The notes under the pieces were generated by a model, which was not told the DNA's origin, made no database searches, and was given only the letters and a program-made list of their open reading frames with translations. Below are positions 47,571 through 60,710 of a DNA stretch of 64,000 nt, in pieces. This DNA is from Octopus bimaculoides (lineage: Eukaryota). A program made the translations under genes and the position numbers. The stretch spans positions 6,543,958 to 6,607,957 of the forward strand of contig NC_068993.1 in NCBI RefSeq assembly GCF_001194135.2, in the 5' to 3' direction. How positions within the stretch are numbered: position 1 is the stretch's first letter; the number at the start of each line of letters is the position of its first letter.

Positions 47571-48756
47571 TAGGGGATGGTGGTATTCTAGGTCATAGTA
47601 CAGTACAAAAAAAAAAAGGTCAAATGAGGTCAAGTCATATAAAAAAAAATTACCTTGGACCTAGTATCAGGTGACCCACCTTCTTACTCCAACCACCACC
47701 ACCACCACCACCACTGCTGTTGCTCCCTTTGGAATGCTATGCAACCCCTAGTTATTTAAACAGCAAGAGAGGGCAGTGACCAGCAAGTGTGTGTGTGTGA
47801 TAATTTCTGGCTGTCCTTGACTGTGGGCCCCTAGTCTTTCAGCTTAGTTGCAAGTGAGAGTGGGCGGGGTGAGAGATGAGAACACAAGACCCCCCCCCCC
47901 CAAAAAAAAATATTCCATCCATCCATTCACCCACCCACCAACCAACCAATGCCCGAAGGGAGCAGAGAAGGGAATCTTTCTTTCACCATATGGTATCCCA
48001 AGGGTGAAGGTCATTGATTAGCCAGAATCAAGGTCACATGATCACACATGTGCAATTGTTAAACAGTTGCAGCCAAAGCGAAAAAAAAAACCAAAAACAA
48101 AAACAGAAACCACGTCTGTCCAATTGTTACTGCGCTGTTTACATTGTGTCTCCTGTTGCAGGAATTACCATTCTCTGCTGTGGAATGGTGAAGTGTGGGA
48201 TACAGTGGTGGGGGTATTAGTGTTGGTTCTTTGCATTCTTCACTGGCACTTGGAAGAAATATTCATCTTTGGATATTCCTCGTTTTATAGCAATATACAT
48301 ACACAAACTTATGTGTGCAAATATAAATATCTGTGTGTATATATGTGTGTAGATATAAATACCTGCATATGTGTGTGTGTATGAGCGTGTGTGTGTGCAC
48401 ATGTATGTATATTATCAGTATCATTGTAATGTCTACTTATGCATGCTTGCACAGGTCAGACAAACTTCACTGAATGCACATTTTCTACGACTGCATACCC
48501 TTTCCGTCACCAACCCTCGTTTCCAAGCAAGTTCTATTTCCCTGTAGCCAGACATGTCTTTCATGGAAGACTGGAAATAAAATAGCATTCCTTGTATGAT
48601 GGTGACACTGGTTTATAACTGTCACAATGTGAAGACATTGAGACACACAAATGGATGCATGCATCAGTACATATACTTATTTTAAATGCTGGCATTTATT
48701 CCACTCTTTTGAGAACCGAAGACCACATAATTGAGATGGCATTGGTGATGATGAGC

Positions 48757-48811
<55 letters not shown>

Positions 48812-49091
48812 CAATTTATTTACAATATAAATTGTTAGATTGTCAATTGTATTTCTCTATTTAATTTATTGTTTCTAATTTGTATTTATGCCCCTACTTC
48901 TGTTGTACCAGTTAATTGGATGTTTTACACCCCATTGAAAGAATCTTTCCTTCATTTGTTACATTGGGGTTTCCTAGGGTTAAATAGCAGTAGCATTCTT
49001 CCTTTTCATGGGACTGCCACATTAAGTTGGCAACATAACATCACCTTATCATGCTGCCACTGTATAAATCTCTCTGAGAGATTTAGAAATG

Positions 49092-49129
<38 letters not shown>

Positions 49130-49149
49130 TTAGTAATTGCCAGAAGTTA

Positions 49150-49370
49150 GAGAAGACTGCATTGGTACAGATATTCAATGTATATGGATGATAACAGATG
49201 GTAAATGAAGTTCCAGGAGATTCAGGTGAAAGGAGAGCATGAAAGAGGACCATCAAGGAAGCCATGGACCAGAAGTGGCGAACCACTGCAGCCCAGGAAT
49301 TTGAACCTCATAATGGAAATGGCAAAAGGACCAGCATATGGTGGGACGCTGAGCAGGAAAGGACAATCCT
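49150..49370 (+). mobile_element. Old RTE LINE C-terminal remnant
   Basis: RLHWYRYSMYMDDNRW*...KGEHERGPSRKPW parallels RLRWYGHVVRMD...GRGRPRKTW. Confidence 0.6.
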
Positions 49371-50971
49371 ATTCGTGCAAGCTTAGAAAACCAGATGTAG
49401 AAGTGATGATAGAATGTGTGTGAGAGAGAGAGGGAGTAAAACCAAGGTTTCATAAAGAAGAATGGAGAATTTATACATCTCAAAAGTTGTTTATTACACT
49501 ATCATTCTCATAAAATTCCAATCTGACATGCAGAAACTCATATTGGATTGGAATTTAATGAAAATAATACTGTAATAAATGAATTTTGAGGGTGTATAAT
49601 ACTCCAGTCTTCTTTATAATGTCTTGATTATATACTTTGAATGTTGTATGAAACCCAATGGAATAAACCCAGGATTTAACTGTCGATTGAAGTACTCTCT
49701 TTTACTTGTTTCAGTCATTTGACTGCGGCCATGCTGGAGCACTGCCTTTAGTCTCGCTCAAGGACACAATGCACCGTAACCACTAAGCCACATATACACA
49801 CACACACACACACACGAACATGTATATACGTTCATTTGTATGTCTTGTATACCACGTGGCATTTTTGTAGGATATGTGGTAACTTAGCCATTTGATAAAT
49901 AGAGATCAATAAATAAATAAAAAGAGGCGCAGGAGTAGCTGTGTGGTAAGTGACTTGCTTCCCAACCACATGGTTCCAGGTTCAGTCCCACTGCATGGCA
50001 CCTTGGGCAAGTCTCTTTTGCTATAGCCTCAGGCAGACCAAAGCCCTGAGAGTGGATTTGGTAGATGGAAACTGAAAGAAGCCCGTCATATATATACATA
50101 TTTGTGTGTGTTTGTCCCCCCTACCATCACTTGATGATGATGTTGGTGCGTTTATGTCCCCGTAACTTAGCGGTTTGGCAAAAGTGAACGATAGAATAAG
50201 TACTAGGCTTACAAAGAATAAGTCCTGGTGTTGATTTCTTCGACTCTGATTGACAAATAGGCTTGAAGGTGGTACTCCAGCATGGCCAGAGTCCACTGTG
50301 TAGAAGCAACCGAAGGACTAAAAGAACGCATGCATAAGACTAAGACGGCAGGGTGGTGGAGGAGGAGAAGGAGGTGAGGAGAGAGAGGAAGGGAGATAAT
50401 CGAAATGCTTTACTTGACTGGATTGAAGTAGAAATAAAGACTCAGAAAGAGAAAGAGAGAAAATAACAAGAAATAAGATTGGGAGAAAAATCAATCTTAT
50501 GTTAATGAGGAGAATTAGANNNNNNNNNNNNNNNNNNNNNNNNNNNNNNNNNNNNNNNNNNNNNNNNNNNNNNNNNNNNNNNNNNNNNNNNNNNNNNNNN
50601 NNNNNNNNNNNNNNNNNNNNNNNNNNNNNNNNNNNNNNNNNNNNNNNNNNNNNNNNNNNNNNNNNNNNNNNNNNNNNNNNNNNNNNNNNNNNNNNNNNNN
50701 NNNNNNNNNNNNNNNNNNNNNNNNNNNNNNNNNNNNNNNNNNNNNNNNNNNNNNNNNNNNNNNNNNNNNNNNNNNNNNNNNNNNNNNNNNNNNNNNNNNN
50801 NNNNNNNNNNNNNNNNNNNNNNNNNNNNNNNNNNNNNNNNNNNNNNNNNNNNNNNNNNNNNNNNNNNNNNNNNNNNNNNNNNNNNNNNNNNNNNNNNNNN
50901 NNNNNNNNNNNNNNNNNNNNNNNNNNNNNNNNNNNNNNNNNNNNNNNNNNNNNNNNNNNNNNNNNNNNNNN

Positions 50972-51025
<54 letters not shown>

Positions 51026-51848
51026 GTATTATACAATTTGTGAGGCTTAATACAACAACTGTTGGTAAGGTAAAGGTAAACACACATACACAAAAATACA
51101 TACAGACACACAAGAACAATTATTGACATATATACATACGTCTATTAATCAATTAGTGAAAGATTAAATGCTTTAATTGTTGGACAGACAGTCAGACAAG
51201 CAGGCACACACACACACACCTGTTACACAATTAGTAGAGACTAGTATAACACTTGTTGGTTGTCTACACCGACACCTACCCACCTGTGTGTATGTCTATC
51301 TATCTTTCTCTCTATTTATCTGTCTTCCTCCATCTTTCTATCTATACCTCTGTCCTGGCCTCTACTTCACTGCTATACCCTTCTGTCCCTTCCTCCTTGT
51401 TCCACTTCCTCCCTCCACCATCCTCTCTGCTCTCGTGTGACCTGTGGTCAACTTTCTTTTCACTCCAGCCGCTGTGAAGGCAAGACGAACTACTAGCGTT
51501 CTACCTCAGATTTGCGTTTGGCCGTACGGCTTTTGAATGTTGTTTTCACTGTCCATTTCTTCCTGTCTTGGTTTGTGTTTGCCACCTTGGAATCCTCTGT
51601 GTAGTGGGTTGATCCACTACTCAGGAAGAGACTATTCTAGAGTACGTTCTGTCTTATCTTCGAAACGTCTAGATAGAATAGAGACAGCTGATGAAGGGAT
51701 ATTCCAAGTGGCTTTCCGTTTTCCTATATGTTCGTTCCGTTGTCTGTAGTTTATTGTTCTAACGTCCTGTACCCTGATATGCATGTATATACACATGTAG
51801 ATGTAAGTATGTACATATATGTGTGTATACATGTATATATATTCTTTG

Positions 51849-51884
<36 letters not shown>

Positions 51885-54416
51885 CTATTTAAATAGACTT
51901 AACTCTACACTTGATAGCCGTACACACATACCTAATAACATATGCAAGCTTCATTGTGCACATATACAAATCTATAGACTCACTGGCATTTGTTCCACAT
52001 ATGCCTATGTGCTCAGGTGTACACATACAATAGTATACACACCTGATTCAGTTCATACAGCGCATCTGTTATACACATGTATATACTTATATCCTTTACA
52101 CACGCGCGCGCGCGTGTGTGTGTGTGTGTGAGCGAATGTACACACATACTGTATGCCCGTTACATATATGTTTTGTATCCATTCACATGGCTCCATACCT
52201 GAATTTTTGTTGCTGGATACACATACCTGTATGGTTATATATTGGCTTAGTCACACACACAAATGCATGCTCATACACACACACACACAAACATGATATA
52301 TAATTCAGTAAGTTAAATAACTGCAACACGTTTATTTAACAGATGCAACCACACACACACACACACAATCAGTATAAAATTTGCAAGGTGTATTTACACT
52401 CACATACATACATACAATCTCACATTTAAAAAAGTCTCTCTCGCTCTCTCTCTCTCTCCATCTTTCTCTCACACACACAATGATCCAAGCACATATCGGA
52501 ACGGTACAACACACATGCATACCTCACACCACACACACACACACAGCATGCAGTTCAGGTGCACCGGATGCAACAGTAGCAGCAGCAGAAGCAGTAGTAG
52601 TACTAGTAGCAGCAGCAGTCACATCACAAGCGTTTAACTCCCAGTAAAATGTACTCACAGATGGAATATAAGCACAAAGTATAGGAAATGATGCATTAGT
52701 TGTGATGGATCTTGCGTCTTGTTTCGACAACGAGCTTTCCAGTGGTTCAATCAACGTAACAGCCTACTCAGTGAATTAGGAGTGCTACAGCTTATAGCAG
52801 GTGCCTGAGTATTCCACAGTCACACTGGGAGCCTTAACTGTCTGTGACAAGGCAGGTTCACTGATTTTTCTAGTGCAGTTGCATCTTACAGGATGCTTTC
52901 TACAAATTTCTGTGCCTCAAATGGTTGAGTATCTCACAGATGTTTTGGACCTTAAAGTAATCATAAGGTAGACTCAGTATTGTATAAGAGGCTAGAGGCT
53001 ATGTGGCTGCGTATCCAAGATGCGTTCTACCTTGAGAGTAATCTTCGGATGGAACCAGGATAGCACTGTGTGTACCAAGACTAACCCTATCGATTAAAAG
53101 CCACCACCACCACCACCACCTCACCTACATCCCCATCCCTACCCTTCTTCACATCCACCTCTTCCTCCATCTCTAACTCTCTCACATACTTAAAACTGGT
53201 GTTCTGCCCGTTACGACGACAGGGGTTCCAGTTGATCCAATGAACGGAGCATCCTCCTCGTGGCTGAGCACTCCACAGACACATGTACCCTTAACAGTGT
53301 TCCCCGGGAAGATGCAGCATGACATATAATCTGACAAGGCTGACCCCTTTTTAATTACAGGTACAACTCATTTTTGCCAGCTGAGTGGACTGAAGCAACA
53401 TGAAATAAAGTGTCTTGCTCAAGGACACAACGCACCACCAGGAATTGAACTCACGACCATACGACCATGAGCCAGATACCCTTACCACTAAGCCTCATAC
53501 CTCACACACACTTATCAAACTTTGTTTTCTGATCCATTATCTATATCCTCTTTCTTATGCCCACCTTCTTGTACCTTGAGAGTTCACTGTAGTACCCTAT
53601 CACTACCATTTTAATTTCCTTCCCAGCAACTCCTGGCTAAGGTTGTGAGCTGGCAGAGGGGTTAGCACGTCGGGCGAAAAGCTGAGCTGCATGTCGTCAG
53701 TCTTTACGTTCTGAGTTCAAATTCCGCCAAGGTCAACTTTGCCTTTCATCCTTTCGGGGTCGATCAATTAAGTGCCAGTTGTGTACTGGGATCAATCTAA
53801 TCGACTGGCCCTCTCCCCCAAAATTTGGGCCTTGTGCCTACAGTAGAAACAATTATTATTATTATTATTGGTAAAATTGTAAAGCACAATTTTAAATGAC
53901 TTACACTATTTAATGCCGACCTCACAACAATCTGAGTATAAAATCCACGCATCACTGACTTTGCCATTAATGTTTTGTTGTTCATTTCTAGTCTTCTGTG
54001 GCCTGGCTAGGGCAATTATTACTTTGCTTGGAAACAGGTGAGAGCTGGTGACAGGAAGAGCATCCAGCTGTAGAAAATTTGTGTCGATGGAAATGTGGAT
54101 GTTAAAATGATGACGACATTGCGAAGTGGGATTGAACCTAGAACTGTAGGACTGTGAGGCAAACCTATTAGCCATTTTGACTATAGTTGTACATATGGGT
54201 TAGTTATATGGTATGACTGGTAGTTTGGTTACTAGAGGAGTAGGAGGAGAGAAAGCAGATGAAAGATAGAGAGGGGGGAAAAGAAATACAAGAGAAAATG
54301 TGAGAAAGAAGATGAAGAAGAGATATAGTGAAAGAAGAAAGAGAAATGAGACGGATAGGAAGTGATGAGCTCTAAAAGGAAAAGATGACAAATTTGTTGA
54401 TAGAAGGGGGGAGAAA

Positions 54417-54419
<3 letters not shown>

Positions 54420-54465
<46 letters not shown>

Positions 54466-54690
54466 GTAGGTAGATAGAAAGGTACGTATATAGGTAGGTA
54501 GATAGAAAGGTACGTAGATAGGTAGGTAGATAGAAAGGTACGTAGATAGGTAGATAGATAGATAGATAGGCAAGCAGACAGGTAGGTAGATGGGAAGATA
54601 GAAAGATAGGTAAATAGGTAGATAGATGGATAGGTAAGAAGATAGAAAGGTAGATAAGAAGGTAGATAGACAGATAGAGAGACATAGACT
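54420..54690. repeat. (GA)n plus (AGAT/AGGT)n compound satellite
   Basis: gataggtaggtagatagaaaggtacgta-type ~28-bp units and tetranucleotide runs. Confidence 0.85.
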
Positions 54691-57600
54691 GTTACTTATG
54701 TTGAGAGAGATTTACAAAGCTATACAGATTAGACAGACAGGTTTAATAAAGAGACAAACAGAGAGATGAGACACTGAGTTCAATACAAGTAGATAAGATG
54801 GATGGAGAGAGAGAGAGAGAGGCAGACACAAAGGTAAAAGTTAGAGGAGGAGGAGGGGGTTAAGATTTTGAAGGAGATTTGGTTGCCAATTATAACCGGT
54901 TGGGCTATTGTGGGTTGCATGGAGAGTTCCTTCTTTGGCTAGACATGAAAGTAGAGAAATAATTGGAGAATGGTGGTGGACGAACAAGGGGAATATTTTA
55001 CAGTCACAGACCAAATGGTGACAGATTTTACATATTGGAAAAAAATATATATAAAATGAAATAAAAATGAAAGGGTCTTTTTTTTTAACCACAAAATAAG
55101 AGGCAGTGAGGTGGGGGTGGGGGATTTAGAAAAATTAGATGAAAAGTGACGTAAATAGAAAAGGTGAGAGGGGAGAGGAGATGGTTCACCCAACCAAATA
55201 TATCTTCATCATTTTTTTTTTTTTGCTTGTGTGCTTATTTTGTATACTCGTTCATTCATTCAGGTTAGTTTCATTGTTCATTCATTCATAAGACTCCACA
55301 GAGATGGTAGTAGTGTGGTGAGGAGAGAGAGAGAGAGAGACAGAGAGAGATAGAGAGAGAGAGTGATGACGTGAGAAGGGCGGAGGAGATGAATACCCAC
55401 TTTATAGAGTTGTATATGTGATGTGTGTGTGTGTATGTGCATGTGTGTGTGTGTATGGCAGAAAGATATACACCAGACAGCCAACTGAACACACACACAC
55501 ACACACACACAAAAAAATCCATACAAATAGTAAAAGTAAAACAATTCACGACTGAGTTGCAATGATTAGTAGCACCAACAAAAACAATGCTTACTTCTAC
55601 TACTACTACTACTACTACTACTACTATCACAAAGACTGTTGCTTCTATTATAATAGTAGTCACAGATGCTACTACTACTACTATCACCAGCACTGCTGCT
55701 ATTACTACTAATACTACAATACTATTGTGATTCTAGTTACTAAAGCCAGCAGCTGTTCTTCCTACACAAATCACAAGCAACATTTCCAAAGAAAGCTGGT
55801 AAGTGCCATAGAACAAGAGGTTAAGCTACCGGACAGTGAAGATCGCATCGCCACCAGTCTTCAATTCCCATCTGGCATGGTTTCATTTTGACAGTTCTGT
55901 TGGAAAATGCAGGAACATCACAACATCTCCACTAGCTAAACTTACAAGGTCTTGAATGCTTTGAAATATTAAATTATTATTTCACAGAGGTGTCACATAA
56001 AAAGCACTGGTGCTAATTCCACAAAGAAAGCACCCAATGCACTCTGAAAAGTGGTTGGTGCTAGGAAGGGGGCATCTGGCTGTAGAAACCATGCCAAAAT
56101 AGACAATTGGAGCCTGGTGTGACCCTTGGCTTTACCAGCTCCTGTCAAACTGTTCAACCCATGCTAGCAGTTTGTAGTTTATGGAACTTATGTCTACTTA
56201 CAATAAAAGTTACATACGTGGCCTTGTGGTTCAGAAGCTCAGTTCTCCACCACGTTATTTCAGGTTCAGTCCCACAACATGGAACCTTGACCAAGTGTCT
56301 CCTATGATAGCCCTAGGTCCTTGTTTGTCCCCTCTATGTTTAACCTCCACTGTGGGCAATAAAGAAATAAATTTATGAACCTGTGTGTGTGTGTGTCGGT
56401 GTGTGTACACTCGTATGTCTCCTTGTCCTCACACTGTGCACCAATACCATCATATAAGCTGCATCATTTGAGCACAATTTTCCATGGAAGCATAAGACCA
56501 TAACAGAAGACTGGAAGAAAAATTACTTTTACTTAGAAGCAGATGAAAGAATGGTGACTGGAAGAACACGAAGCGAATGAAAACGTTCCTCAATGAATTT
56601 TGTCTGTAGAAAGGCACCCGTACTGGTGCCAAATGAAAAGCACTAGTGCCAGTGCCACATAAGAGGAGCCCATGCCAGGCCATGTAAAAAGTATCAATGA
56701 TGGGGCCACATACAAAGCACCCAGTACACACTGTGAAGTTGTAGGCATTAGGAAAGACATCCAGCCATAGAAAAGAGACAACTGGAGCCAGCTCCTGCCA
56801 AACCATCCAACCCATGCCAGCATGGAAAACAGACGTTAAAACTTCACATGCAAAGACCTGTTGAGGCAAGTGAAATCAAAATCGAACTAAATTCGATGAC
56901 TGGGCCCCCATGCCAACGTCTCCTTCATTGGACACTAAACTCAGCTTGCGAAGACCTGTTGGGGCAAGCGAAAGCGAAATCATGATGGCACCTGTACCAG
57001 TGGAGCGCTAAGAGCACCATTTGAGCATGATCGTTACCAGCGTCGCCTTCCTAGCACGTGAAAAGTCATTCGAGCAAGATCGTTGCCAGTACTATAGCCT
57101 CGGGCCGACCAAAGCCTTGTGAGTGGATTTGGTAGACAGAAACTGAAAGAAGCCCGTCGTAAGACTTATTGTGGCAAGCGAAAGCGAAATCGGGATGGCA
57201 CCTGTGCCCAGCGTCGCCTTTCTGGCACTTGGGCCTGTGGCATGTGTAAGGACTTTCAAGCGAGATCGTTGCCAGTGACCCTGGACTGGCTCTTGTGCGG
57301 GTGGCACATAAAATACACCATTTTGAGCGTGGCCGTTGCCAGTACCGCCTCACTGGCCTTCGTGCCGGTGGCACATAAAAGCACCCACTACACTCTCGGA
57401 GTGGTTGGTGTTAGGAAGGGCATCTAGTTGTAGAAACTCTGCCAGATCAGACTGGAGCCTGGTGTAGCCATCTGGTTCACAAGTCCTCAGTCAAATCGTC
57501 CAACCCATGCCAGCATGGAAAGCGGACGGTAAACGATGATGATGAAATGAATGACATGATGACAATGGCATCTCTTTCCATATGGAGAACTAATCCCATC

Positions 57601-57957
57601 TATCAGGTGATCTACCCCAGATCAAAGAGTCACAACATCTCCCACACCCACCCAGCCACCACCTACCCCCAACACTCACACACATAGTCACTCGATTCTT
57701 TGCACACAATGGCCAATATCACCTGTTTTTACATCAGGTGAAATAGTTGCAGTTAAAGTACAATGAATACCTAGACATACCTGTGTCATGTGTGTCTGTA
57801 AAAAGAGGGGAGGGGAGGATGTCTTGTGACTGTTTCATCAGGTATTACTAACCAGTGACTGTAGAGGATCAGGTGAGTTTGAGGAAATATTGTGACTCTT
57901 TCGTCACAGGTAAAGTGTCAGGTGATGAGATGAATGCATGTGCAAAAGTTCTTACCA

Positions 57958-58291
57958 TCTATATATATAAAAATGAGAATGTGTGTCTGTCTGTCTGTCT
58001 GTCTGTGTGAATCCCTAAAACTCGAGAACTACGCAACCAATTTCATTCAAATTTTACACATGCCTTACTTAGGGTTCCAGTTGTGTTTTAGTCAAAAAAA
58101 ATTATTAACTTCTTGCAGAGTTCGAGTACACGGCAACATAATATCTCCTCCACTATTTAAGTATTACGTGTCAAAAGTGAAACAAAAACACTCATGTCAA
58201 ATACTTTCACTTTAAAAATGAAACTATTCCACTAACTGAAACAATCACATTTCGATACTGTAGTGACAGATACTTTCACAGAGAGAGAAAG

Positions 58292-58324
<33 letters not shown>

Positions 58325-59449
58325 TGTATATGTATACATATACATGTATATGTACACCNNNNNNNNNNNNNNNNNNNNNNNNNNNNNNNNNNNNNNNNNN
58401 NNNNNNNNNNNNNNNNNNNNNNNNNNNNNNNNNNNNNNNNNNNNNNNNNNNNNNNNNNNNNNNNNNNNNNNNNNNNNNNNNNNNNNNNNNNNNNNNNNNN
58501 NNNNNNNNNNNNNNNNNNNNNNNNNNNNNNNNNNNNNNNNNNNNNNNNNNNNNNNNNNNNNNNNNNNNNNNNNNNNNNNNNNNNNNNNNNNNNNNNNNNN
58601 NNNNNNNNNNNNNNNNNNNNNNNNNNNNNNNNNNNNNNNNNNNNNNNNNNNNNNNNNNNNNNNNNNNNNNNNNNNNNNNNNNNNNNNNNNNNNNNNNNNN
58701 NNNNNNNNNNNNNNNNNNNNNNNNNNNNNNNNNNNNNNNNNNNNNNNNNNNNNNNNNNNNNNNNNNNNNNNNNNNNNNNNNNNNNNNNNNNNNNNNNNNN
58801 NNNNNNNNNNNNNNNNNNNNNNNNNNNNNNNNNNNNNNNNNNNNNNNNNNNNNNNNNNNNNNNNNNNNNNNNNNNNNNNNNNNNNNNNNNNNNNNNNNNN
58901 NNNNNNNNNNNNNNNNNNNNNNNNNNNNNNNNNNNNNNNNNNNNNNNNNNNNNNNNNNNNNNNNNNNNNNNNNNNNNNNNNNNNNNNNNNNNNNNNNNNN
59001 NNNNNNNNNNNNNNNNNNNNNNNNNNNNNNNNNNNNNNNNNNNNNNNNNNNNNNNNNNNNNNNNNNNNNNNNNNNNNNNNNNNNNNNNNNNNNNNNNNNN
59101 NNNNNNNNNNNNNNNNNNNNNNNNNNNNNNNNNNNNNNNNNNNNNNNNNNNNNNNNNNNNNNNNNNNNNNNNNNNNNNNNNNNNNNNNNNNNNNNNNNNN
59201 NNNNNNNNNNNNNNNNNNNNNNNNNNNNNNNNNNNNNNNNNNNNNNNNNNNNNNNNNNNNNNNNNGATCACCTTCTTTTACGAAACTTCATTGGCTTTCA
59301 TATATTTATATTGATATACATATATATACGTGTGTTTGGGTGCGTGTGCGTATATACATCTCTATATATAAAGATGATGCGTAGTCTAGACGGCGTTTTT
59401 AGATTTCATTATTCTCTTTAACCCGGGCAACGCCGGGTATTTCTGCTAG
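57958..59449 (+). mobile_element. Non-autonomous Helitron (mostly N gap inside)
   Basis: A|TC 5' end, (GTCT)n tract, 3' hairpin acccgg-gcaacg-ccgggt at 59421-59438, then CTAG|T. Confidence 0.8.
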
Positions 59450-60237
59450 TTTCATATATATATAGTGGCTGTGTGGTAAGTAGCTTGCTTACCAGCTACA
59501 TGGTTCCGGGTTCAGTCCCACTGCCTGGCATCTTGGGCAAGTGTCTTCTACTATAGCTTCGGGCCGACCAAAGCCTTGTGAGTGGATTTGGTAGACAGAA
59601 ACTGAAAGAAGCCTGTTGTATATATGTATATATATGTGTGTGTGTGTGTCTGTGTTTGTTCCCCTAGCATTGCTTGACAACCGATGCTGGTGTGTTTACG
59701 TCCCCGTCACTTAGCAGTTCGGCAAAAGAGACCGATAGAATAAGTACTAGGCTTACAAAGAATAAGTCCTGGGGTCGATTTTCTCAACTGAGGGCAGTGC
59801 TCCAGCATGACTCAAACAAGTAAAAGAGTAAAAGAGAATATGTACATCAGGTAGGGCCATGCAGTGAAGAACTTGACTTTCCACCTGCACTGATCAGCTT
59901 CAGTCCCACCGTGTGACACCTTGAGCAAGAGTCTTTTACTCCTGCCACAGGACAGTAACTGGTCTGAAGATCCTGCGCACCCACAGGTAACACTCAAATT
60001 AGCAAGAAACTGACTCAACCATAATAAAATGTTGTGTGTGTGCCTCCTCATTTCCATATTGCTGAGTAGCTGTAAACAAGCATCACTGTCATACAAGCAG
60101 TGTTCTTTATTTCCTGTATTCTGTGGAAACATATCTGGTCATGGAAGAAATATTACCTTATTTGGAAACAGATGTAGGTTGGCAACAGAAAGGGCATTGA
60201 CACCATGAAAATGAGCCCCAACAAATTCCATCTCACC

Positions 60238-60710
60238 CAAGGGTTCTGAACCATTTTTTTAATCTATGAGCCCTTTTTAATTCCTATTTTATTCTTACTG
60301 GACCCTCATACCCATTCAATGTTTAAAAAAAAATCCTATTATATTTTTATAATTAAATATTAGGAATTGAATTTTAAAAATTGTTAAAATACTTGGTGTA
60401 TTCATCATCATTTAATGACCGCTGTCCATACTGGCATGGGTGGGATGGTTTGACCAGGGCTGGCAAGCTGGAAGGCTGCACCAGACTCCAGTCTGATTTG
60501 GCATGGCGCCAACCATTCTGAGAGTGTAATGGTTGCTTTTATGTGCCACCAGCAGCATGGGTACCATTGGCGAGACACCAGTATCTGCCACGACTGCAAT
60601 TTACTATGGGTCTTCTCAGAAGTATAACCAGTTTATTGTATATAAATTTTAACAACAAAATCTTATGTGGATCCCTCAAGGGTCATGTAAACCCTAGATG
60701 AGAACCACCA
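60238..60710. mobile_element. hAT-like MITE (ggttctcaacc-type ends) interrupted by an RTE tail
   Basis: Related fragments at about 34715-34800 and 37597-37670. Confidence 0.4.

Noticed and set aside
50499-51129. Long ORFs in the track (also 58263-59421, 8926-9276, 6205-6570)
   Set aside because: They are runs of N and dinucleotide repeats, not coding sequence.
51930-51954. MKLAYVI on the minus strand as PWP2 exon 1
   Set aside because: The donor falls in phase 2, whereas exon 41722 needs phase 0; simple-repeat context.
59276-59291. ATGAAGTTT (MKF) on the minus strand as PWP2 exon 1
   Set aside because: It lies inside a Helitron, reads MKFRKR and has the wrong exit phase.
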